Sequence record: OZ336094.1
DNA: 64,000 nucleotides
Source of the DNA: a phage
Direction: 5' to 3' (one strand)
A model generated the notes under the pieces. That model ran no database searches. It was not told the origin of the DNA and saw nothing but the letters and a program-made list of their open reading frames with translations. Shown here one piece after another: positions 46,879 to 56,475 of the stretch. The first letter of the stretch is position 1. Every line of letters starts with the position of its first letter. A program made the translations under genes and the position numbers.

Positions 46879-47134
46879 CTACAACCTCCTTAATTGCTAC
46901 AGCACAGTTTTTGCAGATACACTGCCCTTTACCTTTAGAAATCTGGATGTAAGGTTCATTTTCATTTTCGCCCTTACGTGAGTCATATATTACAGTATTG
47001 AAGCACACAACGCAAATATTTTTTAAGATTGTATACTTATCAACTTTCTTTTTTGTTTTAAAGTTAACTTCAATAACATCAGCCATCAGTGTAACACTCC
47101 CAGTATGTTGCTTTGTGACATAACCATAGAACAT
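46856..47134 (-). CDS. Hypothetical zinc-ribbon protein
   Basis: 92 aa with CVVC ... CICKNC cysteine pairs. Confidence 0.35.
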   Translation of the reverse strand: MFYGYVTKQHTGSVTLMADVIEVNFKTKKKVDKYTILKNICVVCFNTVIYDSRKGENENEPYIQISKGKGQCICKNCAVAIKEVVDENHWDQ

Positions 47135-47364
47135 TCAACATTATCGTGACTACGTGAAAAACGTTCCCAAACCTCTTCATCGACTCGTAAAGCTATACAA
47201 GGATAGACGTTATCATTGATCATTTCAATTGAATAAACATCCATATTGTCTTCGTCTTCGATGAACATCATTGCAAACTGTTCTAAATGTTTCCTAATGT
47301 AATGTACATCCTCTTCTGTAAGACCAATAACAAGATAACTTGCAACGATAACGCCATCTTTCAT
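47086..47364 (-). CDS. Hypothetical protein
   Basis: 92-aa acidic ORF. Confidence 0.3.
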   Translation of the reverse strand: MKDGVIVASYLVIGLTEEDVHYIRKHLEQFAMMFIEDEDNMDVYSIEMINDNVYPCIALRVDEEVWERFSRSHDNVECSMVMSQSNILGVLH

Positions 47365-47374
47365 CTATATCTCC

Positions 47375-47884
47375 TTAGCGATAGAATTGATGTTCTTTGT
47401 AGCGGTACACTAGAACCATATCTTTTTCCCAGTGTGCTCTTATTGTAGATTTTTTAAAGTATAATGCTCCTTTTGTAATATCTAATGCAATTCGTAATTC
47501 TGGAAAATGCGTATCGAGATAAAGTAGACGTTCTGCTATAGCCTTAGCTTCCTTCCACTTATCACGTTCCATAACGTTGAATGTCTTTGTGTAAGAGAAT
47601 TGTCCTTTTTGAAACAAAACTTCTTTTATAGTATCAGGGAAATATGAATCTCTAGCCCTATTCAATACTACATTACCAACAGCAGACATACCGCGCTTTC
47701 CTTGATTACGACTTTCTGCATAGATTGCACAAGCTAATAGATTTTCTTTACTATCACGCTTTGTACACTTGTGAACTACTTTAGCAGTTTTTACGTTTGC
47801 AGCTTCGGCTTGCGCCACAACAGGTGTAAATGTAAAAGCAGTTAAGGATAGTAACGCAATTGCGACAAAGGTTTTTATTGACAA
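47375..47884 (-). CDS. Secreted cell-wall hydrolase (SleB/Hydrolase_2-like), candidate endolysin
   Basis: N-terminal signal peptide (MSIKTFVAIALLSLTAFTFTPVVAQA); motifs ACAIYAESRNQG and GMSAVGNVVLNR. Confidence 0.5.
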   Translation of the reverse strand: MSIKTFVAIALLSLTAFTFTPVVAQAEAANVKTAKVVHKCTKRDSKENLLACAIYAESRNQGKRGMSAVGNVVLNRARDSYFPDTIKEVLFQKGQFSYTKTFNVMERDKWKEAKAIAERLLYLDTHFPELRIALDITKGALYFKKSTIRAHWEKDMVLVYRYKEHQFYR

Positions 47885-47947
47885 ACTTGCCTCCTATTTT
47901 GTTAAACGAACTTTTATTGTAACACAGAAGAGGCTGTTTTGCAAGTG

Positions 47948-47967
47948 GAGGGGGATAATCCCCCCTC
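47948..47967 (-). terminator. Hairpin, possible terminator
   Basis: gaggggg-ataat-cccccctc stem-loop downstream of 47978..48580; weak T-tract. Confidence 0.3.
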
Positions 47968-47977
47968 TTACACCCTG

Positions 47978-48580
47978 TTAGATGTTGTAAACCTTCGTAT
48001 GAGTTACTACACCATCTTCTACAAAATCAATACGTTCTTGATCCGTAACTAGTGCAGACAATACTTTAAATTTAATTGTTACACGTTCAAAAGCTGGTTG
48101 ACCATCTTTAAGATAATTATGTTCAGTTGTTACTGTCTTGTTTACAAAATCAACTTTTGCTTTACCGTTTTCGCGTAGGTGGAATGTTTTTCCTGCTTTG
48201 TACACAATTTCAACATTACCTTCGAGAGTAATTCCTTCAAAAAGTTCACCCTCTTCTTCATTTTCTTCATTTTTGAACAGACGACGAAACTCTTCCATAT
48301 CAAGATAAACAACATCTTCAGAATAACTATCAGTAAGGTATGTCTTACCATCCATTAACCCGAAATATTGCCAGATTGCAGAATAAACATCACTAGTTGA
48401 TCCAAGGGTTTCTCTGAGTTTAGTTCCACGGATTACTTCATAAACTTCAAAATTGAAACCAGACTGCAAAGCATTAAACAGTACATCACTAACTTCTAAA
48501 GCATAATCTTCATTGTTGTCAATATCCACAAGAAAATTACCGCTACGAATAAGTTTTTGACCTTCTAAAGTAATACCCAT
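47978..48580 (-). CDS. Hypothetical protein
   Basis: 200-aa acidic ORF. Confidence 0.4.
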   Translation of the reverse strand: MGITLEGQKLIRSGNFLVDIDNNEDYALEVSDVLFNALQSGFNFEVYEVIRGTKLRETLGSTSDVYSAIWQYFGLMDGKTYLTDSYSEDVVYLDMEEFRRLFKNEENEEEGELFEGITLEGNVEIVYKAGKTFHLRENGKAKVDFVNKTVTTEHNYLKDGQPAFERVTIKFKVLSALVTDQERIDFVEDGVVTHTKVYNI

Positions 48581-48607
48581 TGTTTTCTCCTCTTTTATTT
48601 AAAATAT

Positions 48608-48623
48608 GCGCCCCGAAGGGCGC
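48608..48623 (-). terminator. Terminator hairpin downstream of the TerD-like gene
   Basis: gcgccc-cgaa-gggcgc (UUCG loop on the minus transcript) followed by an A/T-rich tract. Confidence 0.45.
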
Positions 48624-48632
48624 TATGATTTA

Positions 48633-49229
48633 TTACTCGAACCAATCGTCGCCAGCGCCAAACGCTTTAACTACATCATAAATGTCAAGTCCAGCTTTAC
48701 CTACACCATATGCTTTCAGTTTCCATTCGCTATCTTCCCGCACCAGGGAGGCAACGTGGCAAATGGTGTTACCTGCAAGTTCTGGAGCCAAGAAATCAAA
48801 ATCCAGCAGTTCAACGTTACGTTCATCATCGAAGATTTTAAGGAAACCTTCGGTAGCGTGACCAAGGCGTTTTTTACCCGTTTCGTCATCAATAGTAATT
48901 ACGAATGCAATTTCCTGTGCTTCAGCAGAGATATTATCCAGTGTAACATCAATCTGCTCCATCTGTCCTACACCGTCACGAACATCTTCACCTGCAAAAG
49001 TAGAACGTTCAGGATCAAATTTCTGTGCGTAGCATACCAGGTGGCGAGGAGACAACAGTTCCGGCAGACCAGATGCATTGTGTCGGCAAATCAGAGCACT
49101 AACATCCAGATCCAGTTTTTCGTTAGATTTCCAAGAGAATTCCAGACGAATGCGTTTCAGTGCTGGTGCAATCTTTTTCAGAGAAACTTTTTCGCTAGAA
49201 CCTTTTTTCAGGGAAATTTTCTGAGTCAT
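48633..49229 (-). CDS. terD: TerD-family protein
   Basis: ISLKKGSSEKVSLKK, LDLDVSALI, ITIDD and EWKLKAYGVG align with hallmark TerD blocks (VSLSKG..VSLSK, FDLDASAFL, VTIHD, EWKFRAVGQG). Confidence 0.75.
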   Translation of the reverse strand: MTQKISLKKGSSEKVSLKKIAPALKRIRLEFSWKSNEKLDLDVSALICRHNASGLPELLSPRHLVCYAQKFDPERSTFAGEDVRDGVGQMEQIDVTLDNISAEAQEIAFVITIDDETGKKRLGHATEGFLKIFDDERNVELLDFDFLAPELAGNTICHVASLVREDSEWKLKAYGVGKAGLDIYDVVKAFGAGDDWFE

Positions 49230-49301
49230 AATTTATTATCTCCTTTGTTGTTAATTTACGTTGTCTATTTTACTAATCTTTTCTACAAAGTCAAGCGTTT
49301 T

Positions 49302-50096
49302 TTACGCTTTTGCTCCAAATTTTTTAACCCACTCACCAAACTCTTCGGATAGCAGTTTATCGTAAAGTTCTTCGTCAGACAAGGACAAATCTGCAATACC
49401 GATAAAATCAACATTATCGTATTCTTTTGCCAAGTCTTTCAGGAATTTAAAGTTTGCATTGCCTACACCAACCATAAACCAGTAAACAGGAGTGTTGCGG
49501 TGTTTGTTCAGCAAACTACGTACTGCTGAAGTATCCATGTTCTCCCCGTCAGTTTGGAAGAAAATCATTGCAGGAGTACGATCAACTTGTGCATCAGTAT
49601 CTACAACCTGTTCTACAACAGTACGTGTAACTTCTACACGTTCTTTTTTACCAGTTAGTTTAGCAAGGAAACCCTTAGCCGGAACTTCTTCATACTCAAC
49701 GACTTCGCGTGTAATATTTTTCATAGGTACACTACCGAAGTATGTATCATAGATCTCTTGCATTACTGGGGCATAAGCTGTACCACCATTGATGCAAACA
49801 TTAGACATACAAGAGCCGACATAATCATCATATACATCAGCCGTTGCAGGAGGCAGTTCAAAAGAAGAACTATTGAAAGCCCACATGTCAATCTGTGCAT
49901 TATCATCAAACTTCATACCAAACGGCAGCAGTTTACCTACAAAATCACTAACAGTGCCATCACGATACAGCTCACACATACTACCCGAAATATCTAAGGC
50001 ACTACCGACACGAAGAACAACATCGTTAATCTTTTTCTTACGCAGAGATACGGTAAGAGTTTCTTGACGTTTTTTAAGACTGATTTTATTGGACAT
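49302..50096 (-). CDS. vWA-domain protein (TerY-like)
   Basis: MIDAS-like motifs: ALDISGSM, GGTAYAPV, IFFQTDGEN. Confidence 0.5.
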   Translation of the reverse strand: MSNKISLKKRQETLTVSLRKKKINDVVLRVGSALDISGSMCELYRDGTVSDFVGKLLPFGMKFDDNAQIDMWAFNSSSFELPPATADVYDDYVGSCMSNVCINGGTAYAPVMQEIYDTYFGSVPMKNITREVVEYEEVPAKGFLAKLTGKKERVEVTRTVVEQVVDTDAQVDRTPAMIFFQTDGENMDTSAVRSLLNKHRNTPVYWFMVGVGNANFKFLKDLAKEYDNVDFIGIADLSLSDEELYDKLLSEEFGEWVKKFGAKA

Positions 50097-50097
50097 A

Positions 50098-50367
50098 TTA
50101 TTTCTCCTTTCTGAGTGTAATGTTAGTAACTTCTAAATCCACTTCTACCATTTCTGTATCATACGAAATACAGCTAAGTTGACCTCTTTGCGAACCGTTC
50201 AGACACATTGCTTGGTTTGTATTAACCTTAATAAACACTAAGTTTCTGAACGTATCTAAACCAGAATCTTGATAGGCAACATAATATACAAATGTATCAC
50301 CTACGTCAAGTTCTCCAAAACATTTAGGTTCATCTGATTTGTCGTCTTTGATATTAAATTTAAGCAC
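50098..50367 (-). CDS. Hypothetical protein
   Basis: 89-aa ORF translationally coupled to neighbours. Confidence 0.3.
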   Translation of the reverse strand: MLKFNIKDDKSDEPKCFGELDVGDTFVYYVAYQDSGLDTFRNLVFIKVNTNQAMCLNGSQRGQLSCISYDTEMVEVDLEVTNITLRKEK

Positions 50368-50923
50368 TGTCTTCTCCTTTACCTGCTCTCAAGCCTAAAT
50401 AGAAAGCCTCTCTGGTGATCTTTTGCAACTCGTTTAAAGAGATAGTTACAACTAAATCATCTTCAATTTCTAGCTTTGAGTCTTCTTCTGTCTCAATGCA
50501 AGTATTATGCACTTTGTGGTAAGGATTGTCAACACGTTTAAATTTATTATTTTCAGTGCTGAAGAAGCAATCTGGATCTTCTTCCCCATCACCCCAACCC
50601 TGGTTAGGATCTTCTTCAGATCTTTCTGTTGGGATCTCGCCTGTAAAGTGCTCTTCTAATACCAGAGCAATCCCATCTCCAAGATCGGAAGAGAACATCA
50701 AATTACAAACTTCTTCCCAAGGCATAGACCACTTAAATCTTTTACGATTGCCATGTTTATCTTCTTCGTTAGAGAAAACACTACCATAGCTATCATAATT
50801 CCCATACATCTCTTCGACTACCTTACCACCTTTCAAAAGAAATAGGTAGCAAGGAGAGCCATCGAAAGAGGTAGAAAGAGCAGCATTACCAGACTCTTTG
50901 CACAAGAAACTAAAACACCCCAT
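50360..50923 (-). CDS. Hypothetical acidic protein
   Basis: 187-aa ORF. Confidence 0.35.
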   Translation of the reverse strand: MGCFSFLCKESGNAALSTSFDGSPCYLFLLKGGKVVEEMYGNYDSYGSVFSNEEDKHGNRKRFKWSMPWEEVCNLMFSSDLGDGIALVLEEHFTGEIPTERSEEDPNQGWGDGEEDPDCFFSTENNKFKRVDNPYHKVHNTCIETEEDSKLEIEDDLVVTISLNELQKITREAFYLGLRAGKGEDSA

Positions 50924-51123
50924 TATACACCAGCCTTAAGATCAATTAAAGCCAAAGTTGTTTCAGAGTGTGTTTGCTCGTCTACAGGTGCAGTCATATG
51001 ATAATACAAAAAATCTTCGGCATCATACCAATCTGATTCTTGACCTTGTTTCCAACCATCAATGAAAGCATCTTCCACAATGGTTTGCAATTCTTCACGA
51101 GTTAAGTGAATATCTTTACTCAT
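50923..51123 (-). CDS. Hypothetical small protein
   Basis: 66-aa ORF, coupled. Confidence 0.3.
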   Translation of the reverse strand: MSKDIHLTREELQTIVEDAFIDGWKQGQESDWYDAEDFLYYHMTAPVDEQTHSETTLALIDLKAGV

Positions 51124-51356
51124 TACACATTCTCCTCTTTTACCAATTCCATTGTTGAATTGTCAAAACCATCTTTAGAAGAATAGGTATAGACAGAACG
51201 TAGTTCTCGCAGGACAGTGAATACATTAGGATCATCTAACCAAGCATCCTGGAGGAGAACATAACGATCTTCATTGTCATATTGAACAGCAATCATAGAA
51301 CCAGACAGTTTGTAAATTTTAATATTCATAATATATTTCTCCTTAAAGTAGACCAC
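51123..51356 (-). CDS. Hypothetical small protein
   Basis: 77-aa ORF, coupled. Confidence 0.3.
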   Translation of the reverse strand: MVYFKEKYIMNIKIYKLSGSMIAVQYDNEDRYVLLQDAWLDDPNVFTVLRELRSVYTYSSKDGFDNSTMELVKEENV

Positions 51357-52446
51357 GTTTAACAGTTTGAATCATACCATCTTCAAGAGATTGCACTTCT
51401 TGAATGTAATCAATACGAGCAGCACGGGCTTCAGTGTTGATTCGGTTAGTTTCTTCCAACATTTTAACTAAGTTTTCTTGATCACGACGCAATGTTTCAA
51501 TATCCAATACTTGACGATTAGCAAGTTGTGTAGCTTCAATTTGGTTTTGTGCAGCCAGATCACTACCCATTGCAATAGCAGCATTAAATTCATTCAGTAC
51601 ATTGTTCTGTGTATCGGCTGCTTTCTTCTGGCGTAGACTTTCAATATACATAGAAAAGTTTGCAGAGTAAGCAGGAATAACATTATTCACAATATTACGG
51701 GCTGATCGCATCAAACTTGCAGATACTTTCTGCATACTTTGTACACGTGGCCCCATCTGAACACACAGTAAACGCAAGGCTTTCAGATCTGCAATACGAA
51801 TTTCAAGCAGATCCATAGTATCACGAGTACGTTGACGCTCTTCTACTTCATTTTCAGGTAGTGTATTAAGGCGAACTTCTTCTTTTTCATAAGTAGCTGT
51901 TAGAAGCTCTATATCCCTGTTTAAGCTAAGAGCATATTTTGCAATAGCTTCCTCTAAACGTTGCAGATATCGTAAAGAATCTTCTTCTTTTTTCAAGTCT
52001 GTTTGGAGTGTCTTTACCAAACCTTCAATACGGTTATTGATGGTGTCAAATTCTCCAAACAAATCTTCTTTCATACCTAAAACTTTCTTAACTAGTTTAC
52101 CTAAACCTTTAGATTGTTTAATAGAGTTAGGATCAAGTTGCTTTGCTTGCTTAATAAGCGCAGTTAAACGTTCACTCATTTCATCTCCCTGAGATGAACG
52201 CTGGTGTTTAAGCACTTCAGCATTAAGGTTACGAAGAGTAAGTCCTGCATCAGCACCAACCTGTTCAATCTCTTCACGAGACATTGGAGGCAGCATTTGT
52301 ACAGGGCGTGCAACAGCAGGGGCATATACAGGGCTTGCATCCATAGCACTTGGAGCAAACAAAGACTTACTTTTTTCTGTTGTTGCCGTGAATACACTCA
52401 TTTCAGACGGTTTGCTTTTTACGGCACTGATAAAAGGACTGGACAT
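51343..52446 (-). CDS. TelA-like toxic-anion-resistance family protein (tentative)
   Basis: 367-aa, mostly helical/coiled-coil with a disordered N-terminus; size, composition and neighbourhood (TerD, TerC) fit TelA/KlaB, but no diagnostic motif was verified. Confidence 0.4.
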   Translation of the reverse strand: MSSPFISAVKSKPSEMSVFTATTEKSKSLFAPSAMDASPVYAPAVARPVQMLPPMSREEIEQVGADAGLTLRNLNAEVLKHQRSSQGDEMSERLTALIKQAKQLDPNSIKQSKGLGKLVKKVLGMKEDLFGEFDTINNRIEGLVKTLQTDLKKEEDSLRYLQRLEEAIAKYALSLNRDIELLTATYEKEEVRLNTLPENEVEERQRTRDTMDLLEIRIADLKALRLLCVQMGPRVQSMQKVSASLMRSARNIVNNVIPAYSANFSMYIESLRQKKAADTQNNVLNEFNAAIAMGSDLAAQNQIEATQLANRQVLDIETLRRDQENLVKMLEETNRINTEARAARIDYIQEVQSLEDGMIQTVKRGLL

Positions 52447-52514
52447 TCAATTTCCTCCATATTCTTTAGTAAATGGTGATACCTCTGTACCACCATCATA
52501 ACACAAGTTAAGTA

Positions 52515-53366
52515 TTAAACAAACATATCTAAATAATTTGTAGTAATAAATGCTCCATCTGCTTCCAGATTAACATAACCCGTGGTATTAGTAGTTAAGA
52601 AATCCAGATCGAAGGACTCTTTAACACCCCGTACCTCAACACGAGAGATATCGAATACAGGTAGTGTAACAGCCTCTTCGTGCAATACCGTACCTTTGTA
52701 GGTTGCCTTAATGATAAACTTGATATTACCTGTTCCAGCATCATATAAAACACTTTCAAACCCTTTGAGAGTATATTTATCACCAGAAGTGAAGTGCAAA
52801 GTTGCTTTGTTTACAGTACGTTTCTTACGAGGAGTTCCTTTCACACGTTTATGATCACTACGTTTTTTGTATTTAGGAATGAATACAAACGATACACTCT
52901 CAAGAAAGGTATCAACATCAAGGATTTTAATATCCTCTGTTGCAGCAAATTTTGAAGTCGTTGCATCAAAATGCTTTTCCCTGCGATCATACATAAAGAT
53001 ATCAAACCGATCTTCTAAATCAAACAAATTATGTATTTTAATTTCAGAATGCTTGCGCATTGCAGCAACCTTGAACTCTTCAAAACGTGGGTGTTCTACA
53101 AGTTCTTCAAGTTTTACACCAAAGACAGTATATTGCTTCGAAGTCTTTTCTGGTGTTGGCATTACAGAAGCATAGTCCCCGATTGCGCTCTTAAAGCAAA
53201 ATTGTTCTTGACCTGTATTTTTACCAACGAATTTACAGTATTCGTCATTGTGCATACTTTCCTTAGTAGTACCAACAAACTCAAAACCATCTTTATTCTT
53301 CTCAAGAATTTCTTGATTAAAAATCCAACCTTCCAGGCGATACACTTTACCAACTTCTAGTTTCAT
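52515..53366 (-). CDS. Hypothetical protein
   Basis: 283-aa ORF. Confidence 0.4.
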   Translation of the reverse strand: MKLEVGKVYRLEGWIFNQEILEKNKDGFEFVGTTKESMHNDEYCKFVGKNTGQEQFCFKSAIGDYASVMPTPEKTSKQYTVFGVKLEELVEHPRFEEFKVAAMRKHSEIKIHNLFDLEDRFDIFMYDRREKHFDATTSKFAATEDIKILDVDTFLESVSFVFIPKYKKRSDHKRVKGTPRKKRTVNKATLHFTSGDKYTLKGFESVLYDAGTGNIKFIIKATYKGTVLHEEAVTLPVFDISRVEVRGVKESFDLDFLTTNTTGYVNLEADGAFITTNYLDMFV

Positions 53367-53401
53367 CTGTTTCTCCTTCTTATTTAATCTGTATTAAATT
53401 A

Positions 53402-53992
53402 TTAACGACGACGTGAGCTACTAAAACTACGTTTCGACGAAGAATAACTTTTCGAAGACTTACTATAAGAGCTAATAGGGCTTGAGTAAGACTTACGAGC
53501 AGAGTAATCACTATTCACTTTTGTTGTTGACGGGCGTGAATACGTTTGTACACTTTGCTGCTTAATTGTGTTTTGTTTAGTGGTTGTATATGTATTCCCT
53601 TGTTTATCATAAAAACGATGCTTTTGTGTTGTATATGCTTTACTATTAGTTGTAGGAGCAGCGTTGTTATTGATAATTGTTGTATTGCTACCGCCATCTC
53701 TATAACCACCACCGCCACTATTACCACTCAACATATGACCAAGAAGCATACCTGTAGCAAACTCACCTACACCAGAAGAACCACTACCGCCTCCTTGCAC
53801 AACAACTGTTGAAGGTTGTGCAGGTGCTGCTTGAACAACTTGAGGTGCAGGCTGATTTACATATTGTTCATCTACCATCTGATTTGGTGTTTGTTGGTAA
53901 CGTTGATTTTGTACATTTTCAGAATCATCACAACCTACCAGCAATGCACTACCTAAAACAACTGCAACAATAAAAGATTTAATGTTTTTCAT
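53402..53992 (-). CDS. Putative lipoprotein with Ser/Tyr-rich low-complexity tail
   Basis: Start at MKNIKS (GAGAGGG RBS); signal peptide with lipobox LLVGC; C-terminus SYSSPISSYSKSSKSYSSSKRSFSSSRRR. Confidence 0.5.
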   Translation of the reverse strand: MKNIKSFIVAVVLGSALLVGCDDSENVQNQRYQQTPNQMVDEQYVNQPAPQVVQAAPAQPSTVVVQGGGSGSSGVGEFATGMLLGHMLSGNSGGGGYRDGGSNTTIINNNAAPTTNSKAYTTQKHRFYDKQGNTYTTTKQNTIKQQSVQTYSRPSTTKVNSDYSARKSYSSPISSYSKSSKSYSSSKRSFSSSRRR

Positions 53993-54078
53993 TTGTAACC
54001 CTCTCATTTAAAGTCTCAACACAATTTTTAAAATCCCTAGAGAAACAATACATCTGTTCTCCGTTCCTGTTGATAGTA

Positions 54079-54107
54079 ATTGTATGGTTATCAATATATG
54101 TTGTCAA
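54079..54107 (-). promoter_or_regulatory. Near-consensus sigma70 promoter on the minus strand
   Basis: Minus strand reads TTGACA, 17-nt spacer, TACAAT; about 80 nt upstream of the lipoprotein start codon. Confidence 0.5.
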
Positions 54108-54200
54108 GATAAAAATCAAACAAAACAACCCTAGAGCAAAACAAATATTTTCAAACAGAATCCAAAGAACACGTAAAACCACCATCAGATCACCTCAACA

Positions 54201-54218
54201 AAGCCCCCGAAGGGGCTT
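54201..54218 (-). terminator. Terminator hairpin downstream of terC
   Basis: aagcccc-cgaa-ggggctt; exact reverse complement of the 32035 hairpin. Confidence 0.5.
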
Positions 54219-54224
54219 AATGAA

Positions 54225-55202
54225 TTAAGCAACAGTCTGGTCTTCTTTTTCAGGGAAGATTAAACTTGCAACAACACCCAACCCAAGAGTACCTAACACA
54301 ATATACATACTGATCGTCGGATCAATGTGTGCTGGCAGGAAACTGACTTTTGCGTGCAGAGTTTCTGCAAACGGGTGATACATCAGTTTTACACCCACAA
54401 ACACCAGGACTACGATAACTGCTTTCTCCAGATGAACCAAATACTTCAGTGCAACACTAAGAACAAAGAACAGAGCACGTAAACCTAAGATTGCACAGAG
54501 CATCGAAGAGAACACCAGTAGAGGTTCTTGTGTCACTGCAATTACTGCTGGAACAGAGTCTACTGCAAAGATTACGTCAACCATTTCCATTACAAACACA
54601 CAAACCAGAGCCGGAGTTGCTACACGAACACCATTTTTGATTGTGAAGAACTTCTCACCATCCATCTGATCAGATACAGGGAACAGCTTACGAACAATGC
54701 GAGTAGCCCAGTGTTTAGAGTAATCAACTTCTGCATCATTATCTCCAGCGAATACCATTTTAGCCGCACAGAAAAGGATGACAGCACCGAAGAAGATATT
54801 AACATACCAGCCCAAACTCAACAAGTAAGTACCTACTGCTACAAACACACCTCGGAAGACAATCGCACCTGCAATACCCCAAAGTAGAATCTTGTGCTGC
54901 AAGTGTGTGCTTTTAATACCAAAACTTGCGAAGACTGCCACAAATACTACTAAGTTATCTACAGAAAGAGATTTCTCCAACACATACCCACTCAAAAACA
55001 AGCTCGCAAAATCAGCACCGTGTTGGAAGTATACAAAACCATAGTAGGCTAATGATACCCCAATCCAGAAAATTGACCAGCCAATTGCAGATTTAAATGA
55101 AATTTCTTTGTTTTCTCTGTGTCCAAAGAAGTCAATACAAATCGACAAGACTAAAATACCCACTAAAACAACCACATCAATAATTGGGAAACCCAGTTGC
55201 AT
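54225..55202 (-). CDS. terC: TerC-family integral membrane protein
   Basis: Multi-pass membrane protein with TerC signature blocks (YVLEKSLSVDNLVVFVAVF and EMVDVIFAVDSVPAVIAVT). Confidence 0.7.
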   Translation of the reverse strand: MQLGFPIIDVVVLVGILVLSICIDFFGHRENKEISFKSAIGWSIFWIGVSLAYYGFVYFQHGADFASLFLSGYVLEKSLSVDNLVVFVAVFASFGIKSTHLQHKILLWGIAGAIVFRGVFVAVGTYLLSLGWYVNIFFGAVILFCAAKMVFAGDNDAEVDYSKHWATRIVRKLFPVSDQMDGEKFFTIKNGVRVATPALVCVFVMEMVDVIFAVDSVPAVIAVTQEPLLVFSSMLCAILGLRALFFVLSVALKYLVHLEKAVIVVLVFVGVKLMYHPFAETLHAKVSFLPAHIDPTISMYIVLGTLGLGVVASLIFPEKEDQTVA

Positions 55203-55220
55203 TCTTTTCTCCTCTTTAAT

Positions 55221-55239
55221 GCGGAGGACAATCCTCCGC
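55221..55239 (-). promoter_or_regulatory. Hairpin between the upstream gene and the terC RBS
   Basis: gcggagg-acaa-tcctccgc stem-loop; no clear T-tract. Confidence 0.3.
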
Positions 55240-55279
55240 TCTATGTCTTATACTATAAACTGTTTTTAAAGAAAGTCAA

Positions 55280-55528
55280 CTAGTTCAGTTCTGTAATTTT
55301 AAGTTTATCTTCTTTGTTAATGATAGGGAAAGCTACAGCATCACCTACGTCATCAATAAAGCAAATAGCAATACCACCTTCCACTTTGCTAATCTGACCA
55401 TTAAAGGCGTGATACGGGGCAGGAACTTGATCTCCATCTTCAAGGAGAATAGCCTCGTAAACCTTGCCGATAGTACAATCACGAGTGTTTCTAAATTTTT
55501 CAAGCACTTCAACATTTACTTTACGCAT
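55280..55528 (-). CDS. Hypothetical protein
   Basis: 82-aa ORF. Confidence 0.35.
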   Translation of the reverse strand: MRKVNVEVLEKFRNTRDCTIGKVYEAILLEDGDQVPAPYHAFNGQISKVEGGIAICFIDDVGDAVAFPIINKEDKLKITELN

Positions 55529-55542
55529 ATAAAAATCCTCTC

Positions 55543-55749
55543 TTATTTGTTAGATTGAAAGATACCACGAAGTACCGCAAGAATGAACGTCACACAGACT
55601 ACACTCCAAAACGTTACAGGAACATGATGCCAGTCTAAGCCGATAATGTCAATCATATAATTGTATGCTAAAAGCAGTAGCCAACTAGGGATTAACACAA
55701 TCAAGAACACAACAATAAAACAACCTAATACTGCTAAAACACCTGCCAT
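55543..55749 (-). CDS. Small membrane protein
   Basis: 68 aa, two hydrophobic helices. Confidence 0.35.
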   Translation of the reverse strand: MAGVLAVLGCFIVVFLIVLIPSWLLLLAYNYMIDIIGLDWHHVPVTFWSVVCVTFILAVLRGIFQSNK

Positions 55750-55758
55750 ACTTTCTCC

Positions 55759-56475
55759 TTATTTCAGTTTGTAAACAATTACATTTAAACCTTTGTTTAC
55801 TAGAGTTTCTTCGATCATAAGTTTTACAATATTCCAAGAACCTCCAGCCAAACCACAACCAAGCATTGGTAAACCTACAATTTTACCGCCTGAAGATACA
55901 ACATCGTCTCCCATACTATCTAACGCATTGTAGATAGCTTCATAATTCAGGTCACGCTTACCTTCCTCACGACGACTATAACCATATTGTCCATATAAAT
56001 TATAAATTGTCAAATTGTTTTCTGTATACTTGGTAAACGTACCTAATTTTTTATAATCACCACGTTTAGTGGCACAATCTGCTTTAAACGCACCAGGCCA
56101 CTTACTTTTAATTTTTGGTGCAATACCACTACCCATAGTGCAAAAACAGTTACAGCAGTGTGCTATAGCGTCTATATCGCCTCTCTCGGCTGCTGCTAAA
56201 AGATCACCGTATACCTCAATGATACCTGCTGGATAACTTGTTACAATTTCATCTTCCCAGTACATTTTCTCTACACCACCGATCAGTGCAAAGTTTTGTG
56301 TAATGCGATCATCAATATAGTTAAGACCTGAAACATACACAGCATATTCATCCTGTGCTGTAATACCTTGTACACGAATTCTTAAGACACCATCTTTATC
56401 TGTTGCTACACGCCCAAAATCTTTTTCTGTAATATTGGTGATAGGATCTCCGAAAGTCATTACTTTATTAGACAT
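55759..56475 (-). CDS. Macro-domain protein (ADP-ribose-binding/processing type)
   Basis: DAIAHCCNCFCTMGSGIAPKI resembles the macro motif DAIVNAAN..LxGGGGV..AI; GLPMLGCGLAGGSW resembles the IAFP.ISTG.YG block; start chosen at MSNKV (AAAGGGGA RBS). Confidence 0.45.
   Translation of the reverse strand: MSNKVMTFGDPITNITEKDFGRVATDKDGVLRIRVQGITAQDEYAVYVSGLNYIDDRITQNFALIGGVEKMYWEDEIVTSYPAGIIEVYGDLLAAAERGDIDAIAHCCNCFCTMGSGIAPKIKSKWPGAFKADCATKRGDYKKLGTFTKYTENNLTIYNLYGQYGYSRREEGKRDLNYEAIYNALDSMGDDVVSSGGKIVGLPMLGCGLAGGSWNIVKLMIEETLVNKGLNVIVYKLK

Noticed and set aside
53979-54185. 68-aa minus-strand ORF upstream of the lipoprotein gene
   Set aside because: It contains the near-consensus promoter for the lipoprotein gene and its 3' end overlaps that gene's RBS and start; more likely untranslated leader than a gene.
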